DNA of 64,000 bases from Opitutales bacterium. Its GTDB lineage: Bacteria; Verrucomicrobiota; Verrucomicrobiia; Opitutales; PNEW01. The stretch is from NCBI GenBank assembly GCA_965197745.1, contig CBDANS010000006.1, forward strand, positions 288,001 to 352,000, in the 5' to 3' direction. Positions 50,312 through 61,722 of the stretch are shown piece by piece. Made by a program: the position numbers and the translations under genes. Each line of letters starts with the position of its first letter. Position 1 is the first letter of the stretch. The notes under the pieces are model-generated. The model searched no databases. It saw nothing but the letters and a program-made list of their open reading frames with translations, and was not told the DNA's origin.

Positions 50312-50671
50312 ATGCGTCTTCGCAACAACGCCCGGCACCGTCTGAGGCGCACTGCCGAGTTCACTGAGGTGCGTAAAGAAGGCAGACACATCAATGCTGG
50401 ACCATTTCGTCTGCAAATTCTCAATAGCCCTATAAGAGAAAATAAAGACCCCCACGCCCGATTAGGAATTATTGCTTCAAGTAAAGTGGGTGGTGCCGTG
50501 CGACGCAATCGGGCCAAACGTATTTTCCGTGAAATCTTTCATCGCAACAAGGATTCCATAGAGGGCGATGTTGATATTGTGGTTGTCGTTCATAAAAACT
50601 ATGACCATTACAATTTTAAAGAGTTAGAGGATAAATACCTTGAAACATGCCGCAAAGCCGGAATCAATTAA
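50312..50671 (+). CDS. rnpA: Ribonuclease P protein component
   Basis: [25 protein letters not shown] (RNR motif). Confidence 0.93.
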   Translation: MRLRNNARHRLRRTAEFTEVRKEGRHINAGPFRLQILNSPIRENKDPHARLGIIASSKVGGAVRRNRAKRIFREIFHRNKDSIEGDVDIVVVVHKNYDHYNFKELEDKYLETCRKAGIN

Positions 50672-50682
50672 CGAAATACTTA

Positions 50683-50991
50683 ATGAATTTGAAACCCATT
50701 AAAAATATTTCACGAAGGGCGCCTGTGCACATCGCGATTTATTTAGTCAAAATATACAGGTCTGTCTTTTCACCGTTAAAAAGAATTATACTAGGACCCT
50801 ATTGCGGTTGCCGTTTTCAACCGACCTGTTCCGCATATGCCATTGAGAGTCTGCGCCACCACGGTTTTATATGCGGCGGCCTCTATGCGGTGCGGCGAAT
50901 TCTTCGCTGTCATCCATTCCATGCGGGCGGCTATGATCCTGTCCCTGAAGCGAAAAGCAGGATCAATGACCGTGATAAATTTTTAGTATAG
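50683..50991 (+). CDS. yidD: Membrane protein insertion efficiency factor
   Basis: [11 protein letters not shown] and [17 protein letters not shown] motifs. Confidence 0.93.
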   Translation: MNLKPIKNISRRAPVHIAIYLVKIYRSVFSPLKRIILGPYCGCRFQPTCSAYAIESLRHHGFICGGLYAVRRILRCHPFHAGGYDPVPEAKSRINDRDKFLV

Positions 50992-52836
50992 ATGGATAAA
51001 AAATACACTTTGATTGGCATTTTAATGCTTCTCGCCGCTTTTGCACTTATGCTCTTGCAGACGCAGAAGGTAAAGAAGCAGGCATGGGAGCAAGCGCAAA
51101 AAGAAGCGGAAGAGACGATCGTCGAGAGTGAAAATGGTGGGAGCAGTCCCATGGGAAGTTTATCCTCTGATAATGCACCCTCTTTTACGCAATCTTCCTC
51201 ATCTATATCCGAAGTAATCCCAGACCCGGATACATCGTTAAATCTTTCTTCTGAAAAAGACGAACCCGCCGCAGAGAGGCGCCAACCTGAAGAGGTATAC
51301 ATTCTTGAAAACGAATTTATAGGGGTAAAATTCACCAGCCTCGGCGGGGCCATAAAAGAAGTAAGTTTAAAAAAATACGCGGCAGTCAAAGGAGAAACAG
51401 ATCCCTATATTTTCAATGCATACAGTGATTTACCGGCCTTAAGTATAAGCATTATTGACGCGCAAGGACGCATTCAAAAATACGCTCCCGCTTATGAACT
51501 TTCAAACCGGGACAGAGAAAGTATCAGTTTTCATCTCAACCTCTTGCCGGGCATTGAACTTATTCGAAATTATGAGATTACCCAGGCCATGGAAGGAGCT
51601 GAACCTTACATCATCAAGCACACCACAACCTTTATAAATAATACCAATAGTGTATTTAATATTGATGAATTATTCATCAACGCGGGAACCGCGGCGCCTG
51701 ATGAAGCTGATCCTCGTGGTTTTTATTTAAATTTCGGTTATTACGATTCCGAAGACGCGGAGTTTATAAACATCCGCAAATTCAAGGGCGGTGGTTTTCT
51801 CGGGTTTTTCAAGCGTGATCCCGTGTCAGAAATTGTGCGCCGCCATGAGACCACCTGGGCCGCGGTAAAGAATCAGTTTTTTACGGGTATCCTCACCCCT
51901 GCCGAAAGTGGAATAGGAACACAGTCGCGAGCTGTTGAATATCCGGTGGTCGATAACAGCAGCCGCACGCGAGAAGGTATTACCGGGAGTATTGAGTTTG
52001 ACTTGCACAAGGTTAATCCGGGAACCGAGCGCGCACTTGAAATGGATTATTATGTAGGTCCTAAAGAATACGCCCGTATCTCTCAACTCGAACAACGCCA
52101 GGAGCTGGTCATGCAATTTGGATTTTTTGGAATTTTAAGCAAATTCATGCTTATAGTCCTTCTGGCTATCGAAAGAATGATTGGAAACTACGGTGTGGCT
52201 ATCATCCTAATGACTATTGTCATCCGTTTAATGATGTGGCCATTAACGGCAAAGTCCGCGCAGTCATCGAAAAAAATGCAGCAAATATCTGAACCGCTAC
52301 AAGCACTTCGCGATAAATATAAAGATAACCCGCAAAAGCTTCAACGCGAGACCCTCAAGTTATTTAAAGAGAATAATGTTAACCCCGCCGCAGGTTGTCT
52401 GCCCGTAGTTATTCAAATACCTATATTTATTTCATTTTTCTATATGCTGCGCACATCCTCTGAACTTCGGTTCGCGGGTTTCTTATGGATCGATGATCTT
52501 TCCAGGCCGGATACCCTCGCCATGATTGCTGGATTTCCGCTGAACATTCTTCCACTCATTATGGGGGTAACAATGTTTTATCAGATGAAGATAATGCCCA
52601 CCCCTTCGGTAGACAGCACGCAGCAGAAAATATTTAAATTGATGCCTTTTATCTTTCTTGTCTTCTGCTATACTTTTTCTTCCGGTCTTGTTCTTTACTG
52701 GACGATGTCAAACCTCATATCTATCCTCCAGCAGTTTATCACGAATCGGCAGAAAGATCCTGAACCGGTGATTAGACCCTCTGATCGAAACCGAGATAAA
52801 AGCAAAGGCAGGGGAAAGCCCAAATCTAACCGTTAG
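50992..52836 (+). CDS. yidC: Membrane protein insertase
   Basis: YVGPK, NYGVAII, NPAAGCLP..QIPIF, WIDDLS and GLVLYW motifs. Confidence 0.96.
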   Translation: MDKKYTLIGILMLLAAFALMLLQTQKVKKQAWEQAQKEAEETIVESENGGSSPMGSLSSDNAPSFTQSSSSISEVIPDPDTSLNLSSEKDEPAAERRQPEEVYILENEFIGVKFTSLGGAIKEVSLKKYAAVKGETDPYIFNAYSDLPALSISIIDAQGRIQKYAPAYELSNRDRESISFHLNLLPGIELIRNYEITQAMEGAEPYIIKHTTTFINNTNSVFNIDELFINAGTAAPDEADPRGFYLNFGYYDSEDAEFINIRKFKGGGFLGFFKRDPVSEIVRRHETTWAAVKNQFFTGILTPAESGIGTQSRAVEYPVVDNSSRTREGITGSIEFDLHKVNPGTERALEMDYYVGPKEYARISQLEQRQELVMQFGFFGILSKFMLIVLLAIERMIGNYGVAIILMTIVIRLMMWPLTAKSAQSSKKMQQISEPLQALRDKYKDNPQKLQRETLKLFKENNVNPAAGCLPVVIQIPIFISFFYMLRTSSELRFAGFLWIDDLSRPDTLAMIAGFPLNILPLIMGVTMFYQMKIMPTPSVDSTQQKIFKLMPFIFLVFCYTFSSGLVLYWTMSNLISILQQFITNRQKDPEPVIRPSDRNRDKSKGRGKPKSNR

Positions 52837-52868
52837 CTATTTTAATCGCCGTTCCATCACTTATTGCC

Positions 52869-53606
52869 ATGTCAGGACACAGCAAATGGGCTACGACAAA
52901 ACGGCATAAAGCCGCTATCGACGCCAAGCGAGGTAAGCTATTCAGCATTATAAGCAAAGAACTCTCCATTTCTGCTCGCGCGGGCGGTGGAGATCCGGAA
53001 TTTAATCCCGCTTTACGCACTATTATTAACAAGGCTAAGGCCGCTAATATGCCCTCGGACAATGTTGACCGCGCCATAAAAAAAGGCACCGGTGAACTTC
53101 CGGGCGTTAACTACGATCAACTCACCTACAAGGGATATGCGCCGGGTGGGGTTGGGATTATTGTTGAGGTCACTACCGATAACAAAAACCGAAGCGCGTC
53201 CGATGTGCGGAGCACTTTTACGAAAGCAGGGGGGAACCTCGCGGGCAGCGGCGCATTAGACTTCAATTTCCAGAAACTAGGACAGTTTTTAATTGCCATT
53301 GAAAAAATCAGTGAAGATGAGCTGATCGAAGCTGTGCTTGAAGCAGGTGCGGAAGATATAAAAGCTGAAATTGATCACTTTGAAGTTCACTGCCCCTTAA
53401 GTGATTTCGATGCTGTATCACAGGCGCTTGCTGAAGCCGGTGTTGAACCTGATTCAGCTGAAATCGCCTGGATTCCCTTAAATCTTGTCCCCGTGGGTGA
53501 AGCTGAAACTGCGAAAAAAATATTAACCCTACTCGAAACCCTTGAAGACCTCGAAGATGTCCAGCATGTATATGCCAATTATGATATCGACGACGGCCTG
53601 CTCTGA
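52869..53606 (+). CDS. yebC: YebC/PmpR family protein
   Basis: MSGHSKW, GGGDP, TDNKNR and EDVQHVYAN motifs. Confidence 0.95.
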   Translation: MSGHSKWATTKRHKAAIDAKRGKLFSIISKELSISARAGGGDPEFNPALRTIINKAKAANMPSDNVDRAIKKGTGELPGVNYDQLTYKGYAPGGVGIIVEVTTDNKNRSASDVRSTFTKAGGNLAGSGALDFNFQKLGQFLIAIEKISEDELIEAVLEAGAEDIKAEIDHFEVHCPLSDFDAVSQALAEAGVEPDSAEIAWIPLNLVPVGEAETAKKILTLLETLEDLEDVQHVYANYDIDDGLL

Positions 53607-53615
53607 TTGCTGCGA

Positions 53616-54503
53616 CTATTGAATCATCATATAGCACAAATCAGCCCATTCGCCGAGAACACGGCTTTCAGATTCGAATGTCACGGACTGTTTTCTTAAT
53701 TCCATCTCAAATTTAGCTTTAATTTTTTCTACTTCGTCAGCCAGTATTCCGCTCATCGCGAGCATACTTCCAACGCCCAACGCTTCCAGGAAATTTTTTG
53801 CGTATTTACAATGGAGATCAGCTTGTAGATTCGCAAGGATGAGATCCGCTCGAGGTTTAATTTTCAGGCCCTTTTCGAGATCGGCTTGAATAAATACAAT
53901 GCGTTCTTCCATTCCGTTCATTTCACAGTTTTCGTTGCTCACTCTTATCGCCTCGGGATCGATATCAAAACCCAATACACTTCCGAACCCACAGGCCGCC
54001 GCAGTAATTGATAAAATTCCGGAACCGCATCCGGCATCAACTACCGTTGATCTTTTCCATCTCTCAGGATATCGGAGACGAAAATCGAACAATCGTTTAG
54101 CACATAAACGCGTTGATTCGTGGCTGCCGGTACCGAAAGCCATTCCTGAATCAATGTAAATGGCCCTTTCTTCGGGTGGGATTTTTACTTTTTCCCTATC
54201 CCAGATGGGGACCCAGTGAAAATCGCATATTTTCCAATGCTTAAGATGTTTTTTATAAGCCTCTTTCCAATTATGATCTTGTAGAAAATAACATTCAACA
54301 TGCTTCGGTAATACCTCGTATTGCGCAGATAATCGAGCCCAGCATTTCCGAGCTTCCTCTTCGTTTAAAAAATAACCCCAGAGGGTATATTTTTCATGGG
54401 TTAATGGCCTGACCAGAGACCATGGGGAATGCTCCCATTCACAGAAGTAGTCTTCAAGCTGATCAGCGAGTTCAGGCTCTAATGAATATTGCACTGTGTA
54501 CAT
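53616..54503 (-). CDS. prmA: Ribosomal protein L11 methyltransferase
   Basis: GMAFGTGSHESTRLC, DAGCGSGIL, DIDP and SGIL motifs. Confidence 0.9.
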   Translation of the reverse strand: MYTVQYSLEPELADQLEDYFCEWEHSPWSLVRPLTHEKYTLWGYFLNEEEARKCWARLSAQYEVLPKHVECYFLQDHNWKEAYKKHLKHWKICDFHWVPIWDREKVKIPPEERAIYIDSGMAFGTGSHESTRLCAKRLFDFRLRYPERWKRSTVVDAGCGSGILSITAAACGFGSVLGFDIDPEAIRVSNENCEMNGMEERIVFIQADLEKGLKIKPRADLILANLQADLHCKYAKNFLEALGVGSMLAMSGILADEVEKIKAKFEMELRKQSVTFESESRVLGEWADLCYMMIQ

Positions 54504-54543
54504 GACGACGAATTAATATCCTCCCGCTCACTTAAACTTAAAA

Positions 54544-55050
54544 TTAACTGGTTGAGCGATTTATTCTTTTAATAAGTTCTGTCGTGCTATAACCGTTCAG
54601 GTAAGGCAGGAAAATAATTTCCGTTCCCGCTGATTCCAGGGCTTGCCGCTCCGATTTATTAATTGTCTCAAGTGAATAGTCACCCGCCTTAACATAGACG
54701 TCGGGTTTAATTGACAGAATTTCCGCATCAAGCCGCTCAGTATTAAAAGTAATGATTCCCTGAATACAGTTTAAGGCGGCAAGGTTATAAGCTCGTTCAG
54801 TTTCATTTTGGATGGGTCGTGTCGGGCCTTTCAGCTTTCGAATACTTTTATCACCATTGAGGGCGACCCACAGGACGTCACCAAGAGTTGCGGATGTGTT
54901 TAAGAAATAAATATGCCCGGAATGCAGAAGATCAAAACAGCCGTTGGTGAGAACAAGTTTTTTCTTTTCCCGACCAAGGCGTTCGCGTCGGTTCACCGCT
55001 TCCTCCAATGGCCACCATTTAGAGTTGAAAAGTTGCTTTTCAGCGGTCAC
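54544..55050 (-). CDS. rfaE2: D-glycero-beta-D-manno-heptose 1-phosphate adenylyltransferase (RfaE domain II)
   Basis: TNGCFDLLHSGH, LKGPTRP, KAGDY and STT motifs. Confidence 0.88.
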   Translation of the reverse strand: MTAEKQLFNSKWWPLEEAVNRRERLGREKKKLVLTNGCFDLLHSGHIYFLNTSATLGDVLWVALNGDKSIRKLKGPTRPIQNETERAYNLAALNCIQGIITFNTERLDAEILSIKPDVYVKAGDYSLETINKSERQALESAGTEIIFLPYLNGYSTTELIKRINRSTS

Positions 55051-55073
55051 GGGAAGAGAATCGTAAAATGTTT

Positions 55074-56201
55074 TTACTCAAAAAAACGTTTTGCCTTTTT
55101 TAAAAAACTCTCCCCCACCGGGTTTTCAGCATCCCCACAGGCGACAGCAAAATCTTCCAGTTTATTCCGCTGATCAGCTTTTAATTTAAGCGGCACTTCA
55201 ATTTGGACGCGCACCAGCTGGTCTCCTTTTCGGCCCGATCGCAAATTGGTCACCCCATGATCACGAAGGCGAAAGGTAGTTCCGGATTGGGTTCCCGCGG
55301 GTATTTTTAATGAGGCCTTGCCTGAGAGAGTAGGCAGGTCAATCGTGCCACCAAGCACCGCGAGAGTAAATTTAATAGGGATCTCGCAGAAAAGGTCGTC
55401 ACCATGGCGTTCAAAAATATCATGTTCCCGCAAGTGAATGACCACATAAAGGTCCCCTGATACACCTCCAAGCGAACCTGCTTCACCATTGCCTGAGGAA
55501 CGCAATTTAGATCCGGTTTCCACCCCGGGAGGAATATTCAGCTTTACTTTACTCGTTTCTGTAACACGCCCATCACCCTGGCATTTCTTACAGGGGTTTT
55601 CCATAACGACGCCAGTTCCATGACATGCCGGACAGGTTTGGCGGACACTGAAAAACCCCCGTGATGAGGTCACTTGTCCATTACCGCCACAGGTTGAACA
55701 GCCGACAGAACTGGAACCCGGTTCAGCCCCGGAACCTTCACAGCGATTACAGGCAACCGCCCGGCGGTATGAGATTTCCTTGCTTACTCCTTTAGCCGCT
55801 TCCTCGAGGCTGATTTCCAGATCATACCTGAGATCGGAACCGCGATGGGCGCCACCACGTGTCGAACTGCCCCCGCCGAAAAATTCTTCAAATATACCGC
55901 CACCACTACCAAAGACTTCTTTAAATATATCAAAGGGATCGTGAAACCCACCTGCTCCACCCCCTCTGGCAGATTGTTTATAGGCCGCGTGCCCGTATTG
56001 ATCATAAGTTGATTTTTTCTCAGGATCTTTAAGCACTTCGTAGGCTTCGGAGATCTCTTTAAAAACTTCTTCTGCTTTCGGATCATCAGGATTTTTATCC
56101 GGGTGATACTGTAACGCTTTTTTCCGATACGCTTTCTTTATATCACTGGCGGACGCATTTCGTGATACGCCGAGCAGTTCATAATAATCTTGATCTGCCA
56201 T
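55074..56201 (-). CDS. dnaJ: Chaperone DnaJ
   Basis: J domain with HPD; four CxxCxGxG repeats. Confidence 0.97.
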   Translation of the reverse strand: MADQDYYELLGVSRNASASDIKKAYRKKALQYHPDKNPDDPKAEEVFKEISEAYEVLKDPEKKSTYDQYGHAAYKQSARGGGAGGFHDPFDIFKEVFGSGGGIFEEFFGGGSSTRGGAHRGSDLRYDLEISLEEAAKGVSKEISYRRAVACNRCEGSGAEPGSSSVGCSTCGGNGQVTSSRGFFSVRQTCPACHGTGVVMENPCKKCQGDGRVTETSKVKLNIPPGVETGSKLRSSGNGEAGSLGGVSGDLYVVIHLREHDIFERHGDDLFCEIPIKFTLAVLGGTIDLPTLSGKASLKIPAGTQSGTTFRLRDHGVTNLRSGRKGDQLVRVQIEVPLKLKADQRNKLEDFAVACGDAENPVGESFLKKAKRFFE

Positions 56202-56203
56202 CC

Positions 56204-56848
56204 TCAGGTATCTTTCTTCGTTTTCTTATCTTTGGCTCCACTGGATACGATAACTGAAGCAGGACGGACAAGCCGATCATGTAAAAGGTAACCTTTACGG
56301 GTAACCGAAATTATTTTACCCTCTTCAAGTTTCTCACATGGTTCGTGAGCTACGCATTCATGATGGTCAGGTTGAAAGGTTTCATTTAGAGGATTGATTT
56401 CTTTCATCCCGTGTTGCTGGAGAATACTTGTAATCTGCGACATGACCATTAAGAAACCCTCAGTTACCGGTTTTGCTTCAGGATGCTGTTCCGCAGCCTC
56501 AAGACCGAGAACAAGGTTATCAAGAGCGGGTAATAAATCTTCAACGAGAGACTCGGTAGCTAATCGCCTCGTCTCCTCTTTTTCGCGAACAGCACGACGG
56601 CGATAATTTTCCAGATCGGCAACAGCGCGCAGGTAAAGGTTTTTATTTTCTTCGGCTTCCGATTGTAGCTCATTCAATTTCATCATTAAATCATCAGCTG
56701 AACGCTCAGTATTGGGAACCTTACTATCATTTACTGAACCCTCCTCCTTATCATTTTCTATATTTGGTACTGCCTTTTCTGCGGTACTCGCGCCTTTCTC
56801 ATCAGATCTGAGATCAGGAGCATCGGACTCCTTTTTATTTTTTTTCAT
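56204..56848 (-). CDS. grpE: Nucleotide exchange factor GrpE
   Basis: [16 protein letters not shown] and [13 protein letters not shown] motifs; start at ATG 56848. Confidence 0.94.
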   Translation of the reverse strand: MKKNKKESDAPDLRSDEKGASTAEKAVPNIENDKEEGSVNDSKVPNTERSADDLMMKLNELQSEAEENKNLYLRAVADLENYRRRAVREKEETRRLATESLVEDLLPALDNLVLGLEAAEQHPEAKPVTEGFLMVMSQITSILQQHGMKEINPLNETFQPDHHECVAHEPCEKLEEGKIISVTRKGYLLHDRLVRPASVIVSSGAKDKKTKKDT

Positions 56849-57084
56849 GGGTAATCTTAAATTAGGACAAAATAGATAGGCGCAATATACAAAAAACAGA
56901 CGGTGCAGGTTTTTAGTCTTTCTGCAAAATTTCAAATACTTTTTTTAAATCCTACGTATTATTCTGTAATCTTATTATCCGAATTATTGAGATTTTTAAA
57001 ATGTTTTTTTCACTACTCTTTAAAGCCCACCTGTTCGTGAGGGTCGATAAGGAGTGATTCCTGCCGGTTCGAACAGGGTATACG

Positions 57085-58038
57085 CTAAGCGATAAAATTA
57101 TCGGTAATAAGAATCACTGCTTCATTTACTGCTTCAAATGTGAAAGCTCCCATGAACGGTAAGAGAATGTTGTCACCGGGTTGCAGACGGGCTGCGGACA
57201 TTTTCTCATTAAGATGACCGGAAATAAGATGCAACAGGCGTGGCTGTTCCTCCGACACAACGTTTAAATCGCTCTGCCCCGGGAGCAAAGTAATTTTGCG
57301 AATACGAAATTCAGGACAGTCAGCTATAATCTGCTCATGGGTGTCTGTATGGATGGGGTGTGGCTCAAAGTCATCGAAATTAATGCTGCGCAATGATTCT
57401 TCGATGTGAAGCGCCCTGGATTTTCCGTCATCCCCGATGCGCCCCCAATCATGAATACGATAGGTGGTATCCGAGTTTTGTTGAATCTCGAGAATGATGA
57501 CACCCCCGACGATTGCATGAATTCTGCCGCTAGGGACAAACATTGAATCTCCAGGACTTACAGAAACACGATGGAGGAGGGACTCAAGAGCATCCTCATG
57601 GAGGGCTTGTTCAAATCCTTCACGCGTTACACCATTTTTAAAACCAACGTAGAAATAGGCGTCAGGCGTTGCCGACGCAACATACCAATTTTCAGTTTTA
57701 GGCTCTGCATTATCAACGTCAGACTCGGAGCCAGGCGGGTGCACTTGCAAACTCAGGCGCTTTTGACAATCAAGCCATTTAACTATAAGGGGGAAGCGTT
57801 GGCCGCCCTGATTATCAGGGCCGAGAAGGCGTTCACCGTGTGTTTCGATAGCCGCGCCAAGCGTCAGCCCGGTGAATTCTCCGTCCTCAATCACAGACTG
57901 TGCTTCCGGGCGATCAACGATGTCCCAACTTTCTCCAATCTTCGCGTCTGCTGGCAAGGTGCGGCCAAAAAAGGTATTAAGGCCATGACCACCCCATATC
58001 CTTTTTTGAAATAAGGGCTTAAATCTAACAAAATTCAT
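57085..58038 (-). CDS. Mannose-6-phosphate isomerase, type I (cupin)
   Basis: IWGG, GESW, LSLQVHP, KTENWY and EIQQNSDTTYR motifs. Confidence 0.9.
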   Translation of the reverse strand: MNFVRFKPLFQKRIWGGHGLNTFFGRTLPADAKIGESWDIVDRPEAQSVIEDGEFTGLTLGAAIETHGERLLGPDNQGGQRFPLIVKWLDCQKRLSLQVHPPGSESDVDNAEPKTENWYVASATPDAYFYVGFKNGVTREGFEQALHEDALESLLHRVSVSPGDSMFVPSGRIHAIVGGVIILEIQQNSDTTYRIHDWGRIGDDGKSRALHIEESLRSINFDDFEPHPIHTDTHEQIIADCPEFRIRKITLLPGQSDLNVVSEEQPRLLHLISGHLNEKMSAARLQPGDNILLPFMGAFTFEAVNEAVILITDNFIA

Positions 58039-58133
58039 CAATTTTAAACGGCTGATTTTGGAGAATTGACAGGTCAAACTAGCAATATGAACTTGTATTT
58101 CAATCCTTTCCCGATAATCTTCATTACTTCGGC

Positions 58134-60746
58134 ATGGCTAGAGCAAAAAAGAAACGTTCCAAACAAAAACCGACATTTAACCCCAAGACGGCTAAAGCCA
58201 ATCCTGTATTAGGTCTGATCTATTTGATCTTGGCGATTCTAATTATAGTTTCGTTATGGGATTATCACCCATCACAGAGTCCGCAAGTCACGACTAGTGC
58301 TTATGATGATTCAATAGATTGGGAAGAGGAAGATTTCGATTTTTCAGAAGAGCCTGTAGAGGAAGAATCACTCGATTCTGGTGAAGAAATGGTGCGCGAT
58401 GAGAACGCTGTTGGTAAAATTGGCGCCAATATTGGTTTTTACTCCTTTTGGAGTCTTGGGTTTTCTGCCTGGCTGATTCCGCTCTATTTAATCTGGGCCA
58501 GTTACATGAATTTTTATAAAATGGGTGTGCTCGTTACCTGGTGGCGGTGGCTTGCCATTTTATTATGCTTAATAAGCTTTGCCGCATTCACCAATATGTT
58601 TGAGGTCGTAGTTTTCGAGAAGGAAGGCATAAACCTGCAAAAGTTTCCCCATGGATGGGGAGGGCTCGCCGGTAAAATACTATTTGAAGGTTTGCTCTAC
58701 AGAAGCCTTGGTCCCGCTGGGAGCAATCTCATTCTCCTGATCATTTTCCTCGGCTCAACAGGTTTTCTCTTACGTGATAATTTAGCCAGTATAGCTAAGA
58801 TAAAGAGGAAGATAGGGGAGTGGAAAAAATCACGGTTTGAAAGTAAAGAAGCAAGCAAAGCCAAAGCTGAGGCCGCGGCAAAAGCGGCGGCCAATGCCAA
58901 AAAAACACCTCCTTTTCCTCGACCGGGCTCTAAACGATTTACGGAGAAAACCGCCAATGAAAATGAAATGGTAGAGGGAGAAGCTCCAGCCGCAGAAGGT
59001 ATCGGTTTAATGGGAGCCGAACCCCTCATGGATGATGGTGAAGAAGCACCAATAGGAGGAGAATCCGTAGAAGAGCCAATGATGGCTTCAGATACAGCGG
59101 CCCCTGTCCAAAAGAAAGCGGGGGGTTCGTTTAAATTAGAAACCAAACCTTCTACCCCTAAACAAAGTCTCACAACGGGGCTTAAAATCATTGCTAGTGA
59201 ACCGACTAAAAAGGCCGGAACACAACTCCCTCAGAAACGGGGTGACTTTACTTTTCCCTCATTAGATCTCCTTGAATCAGAGGATGCTTCACCCATGGTC
59301 GGATTATCCGAAGAGGACCATCTGGCAACAGCTGAGGGGCTTGTTCGCACCCTCTCTGAGTTCGGAGTTACGGTAACTATGGGCGAAGTGCACACGGGCC
59401 CGGTTGTTACACGTTTCGATGTTTACCCCGCGGCAGGGGTACGGGTTGAAAAAATACTCAACCTTGATAAAAACATTGCTCTCGGTCTAAAAGCGACATC
59501 GGTTCGCATCTTAGCCCCGGTCCCGGGAAAAGGCTGTGTCGGGATCGAGGTCCCGAATCAAAACCCCTCCGCTGTCAGGATTCGTGACATTATTGAATCA
59601 GCAAATTGGGTCGATAGTAATGCTGAAATTCCCATGGCCCTGGGCAAGGAAGTCAGTGGTGTCCCTTTAGTCACCGATCTTACGAAGATGCCCCATCTGC
59701 TTATTGCAGGGGCCACAGGTTCTGGTAAAACGGTATGTATCAATTCCATTATTGCTTCTTTGCTTTACTATTCCAGTCCAGAGGACATTCGCTTTGTCAT
59801 GGTAGACCCGAAGATTGTTGAATTGCAGATCTTCAATGATTTACCCCACATGTTGATTCCGGTTGTGACCGAACCCAAGAAAGTGCCCGCGGCGCTGAAG
59901 TACCTTCTCAACGAAATGGAAAACCGTTATAAAATATTTGCCAAGCTCAGCGTTCGCAATATCTCAAGTTTTAATGCTAAACGCGCCCAGGACCTGGAGG
60001 CGGAAAAAGAGGGAATGGCTTCAGAAGATGGCGGCGATGACAGCCCCATTGAAGTCCCAAGAGATGAAGAGGTAGATATGCCTAATAAACTACCATACAT
60101 TGTCTGCATCGTGGATGAACTTGCTGATCTTATGATGGTTGCTCCTGCTGATATTGAATCCTGCATTTCGCGTTTAGCGCAACTCGCACGCGCTGCAGGT
60201 ATTCATCTTATCATCTCAACCCAGCGTCCCTCCGTAAATGTCATTACCGGGGTTATTAAAGCTAATCTTACCAGCCGAATTGCTTTTAAAGTTGCTTCAA
60301 AAGTAGACAGTCGCACTATCCTTGACCAGATGGGAGCAGATCATCTTATAGGACGGGGTGACCTGCTCTTTCTACCACCCGGGGCCCATAGTCTCATCCG
60401 GGCCCAAGGGGCTTATGTCACCGACGAAGAAATAAATAGAATTGTTGAATTCCTTAAACAAAACGGCCCTCCTGTTATCGACGAGGAATTCCAGAATCAT
60501 GTAGAAAGCAGTGGCGATGAAAAATCCCAGGGCGGTGGTGATGGTGAGGATGATGAACTATTGCCCGATGCGATGGAAGTGCTTAGAACAACCAAACGCG
60601 CCTCGACATCCATGCTTCAACGCCGCTTGCGTATAGGGTACAACCGCGCCGCTCGAATTATGGAAATTCTTGAGGACCGCGGTATCGTCGGTCCGGAAAA
60701 TGGTGCTCAACCAAGAGAAATTCTTACTGATATGGATGCGCTTTAA
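58134..60746 (+). CDS. ftsK: DNA translocase FtsK
   Basis: N-terminal TM segments, PHLLIAGATGSGKT, DELADLMM, TQRPS; gamma domain ASTSMLQRRLRIGYNRAAR. Confidence 0.96.
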   Translation: MARAKKKRSKQKPTFNPKTAKANPVLGLIYLILAILIIVSLWDYHPSQSPQVTTSAYDDSIDWEEEDFDFSEEPVEEESLDSGEEMVRDENAVGKIGANIGFYSFWSLGFSAWLIPLYLIWASYMNFYKMGVLVTWWRWLAILLCLISFAAFTNMFEVVVFEKEGINLQKFPHGWGGLAGKILFEGLLYRSLGPAGSNLILLIIFLGSTGFLLRDNLASIAKIKRKIGEWKKSRFESKEASKAKAEAAAKAAANAKKTPPFPRPGSKRFTEKTANENEMVEGEAPAAEGIGLMGAEPLMDDGEEAPIGGESVEEPMMASDTAAPVQKKAGGSFKLETKPSTPKQSLTTGLKIIASEPTKKAGTQLPQKRGDFTFPSLDLLESEDASPMVGLSEEDHLATAEGLVRTLSEFGVTVTMGEVHTGPVVTRFDVYPAAGVRVEKILNLDKNIALGLKATSVRILAPVPGKGCVGIEVPNQNPSAVRIRDIIESANWVDSNAEIPMALGKEVSGVPLVTDLTKMPHLLIAGATGSGKTVCINSIIASLLYYSSPEDIRFVMVDPKIVELQIFNDLPHMLIPVVTEPKKVPAALKYLLNEMENRYKIFAKLSVRNISSFNAKRAQDLEAEKEGMASEDGGDDSPIEVPRDEEVDMPNKLPYIVCIVDELADLMMVAPADIESCISRLAQLARAAGIHLIISTQRPSVNVITGVIKANLTSRIAFKVASKVDSRTILDQMGADHLIGRGDLLFLPPGAHSLIRAQGAYVTDEEINRIVEFLKQNGPPVIDEEFQNHVESSGDEKSQGGGDGEDDELLPDAMEVLRTTKRASTSMLQRRLRIGYNRAARIMEILEDRGIVGPENGAQPREILTDMDAL

Positions 60747-60832
60747 AAGCTTTCAATGCTGGTAATAGATATGGACCATCACACCTCTTTCATCGTTTTC
60801 CAGAAAAACTTATAAAATACCAGATAGCCATT

Positions 60833-61636
60833 ATGACCATTGGAGAAAGACTGGAAGAAGCCCGCAAGCGTAAGGGGATATCTATTCGGGAGGCTTCAGA
60901 AATCACCAAGATACGCGGTGATATTCTAAACGGATTGGAAAATAATGAGACGGAATTTATTCTGCCCGATGTTTATATTCGAGGATTTTTACGGAACTAC
61001 GCAAATTTTCTTAAGATTGACGCTGAAAATACTTTGACCGATTTCAATGCGATGCAGTTGCGCAGCAAGCAACAGATCAAGCGTGAAAGTCGTGAGTTTC
61101 TTGGACAGATGAACTTGACGGAAAAGACATCCGTTCCCGATTCTCAAGCAGCACCGGAAGATGAGCCACAGAAAATGGATTCGAATCATTTAGCTCCAAC
61201 TAATACCTATCAATCCTCTGTCGACAAGGATCTTTACTATAAAGTTGCCATGGTTTTTGGCGGCATTTTACTCCTCGTTCTCATTGTCATACTGCTCATT
61301 AATTTATTTACCTCCGATGATAAACCGGAAATCAATCCTGACTTGAGAGAGGAAATACAGACTGATGGGGGCAATGAATCATCCGGTGAAGTCAACTTGA
61401 TGGAAGAAGAGCAAATTACGCTTATCGCTCTCGATGATGTTACCGTCATTGTCGAACAACGCATCGACCGTAAAAGACTTTTCAGCGGTACTTTAGCCGA
61501 GGGTGAATCCGTACCGCTTATAAAAATCGGTCCCATAAAAATCAGTTTTACTGAAGGCGATAACCTGGTTGTTGAGAAAGACGGGAATAAATTTAAAATG
61601 GGTGTTTCAGGGATCAACAGCCGCACCCTGGAATAG
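60833..61636 (+). CDS. rodZ: RodZ-like protein (HTH, TM, periplasmic domain)
   Basis: IGERLEEARK..TKIR..VYIRGFLRNYA; single TM segment; follows ftsK. Confidence 0.85.
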   Translation: MTIGERLEEARKRKGISIREASEITKIRGDILNGLENNETEFILPDVYIRGFLRNYANFLKIDAENTLTDFNAMQLRSKQQIKRESREFLGQMNLTEKTSVPDSQAAPEDEPQKMDSNHLAPTNTYQSSVDKDLYYKVAMVFGGILLLVLIVILLINLFTSDDKPEINPDLREEIQTDGGNESSGEVNLMEEEQITLIALDDVTVIVEQRIDRKRLFSGTLAEGESVPLIKIGPIKISFTEGDNLVVEKDGNKFKMGVSGINSRTLE

Positions 61637-61722
61637 CTGAATCACTGAAAAAGTTACAGCCGCGAGGAGGGTATTTTCGAGTTATACAGCAACGCGACCC
61701 TTAACTCTAAATATACGAGGAG

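Noticed and set aside
56849..57030. CIRCE element upstream of grpE-dnaJ
   Set aside because: No TTAGCACTC-N9-GAGTGCTAA match
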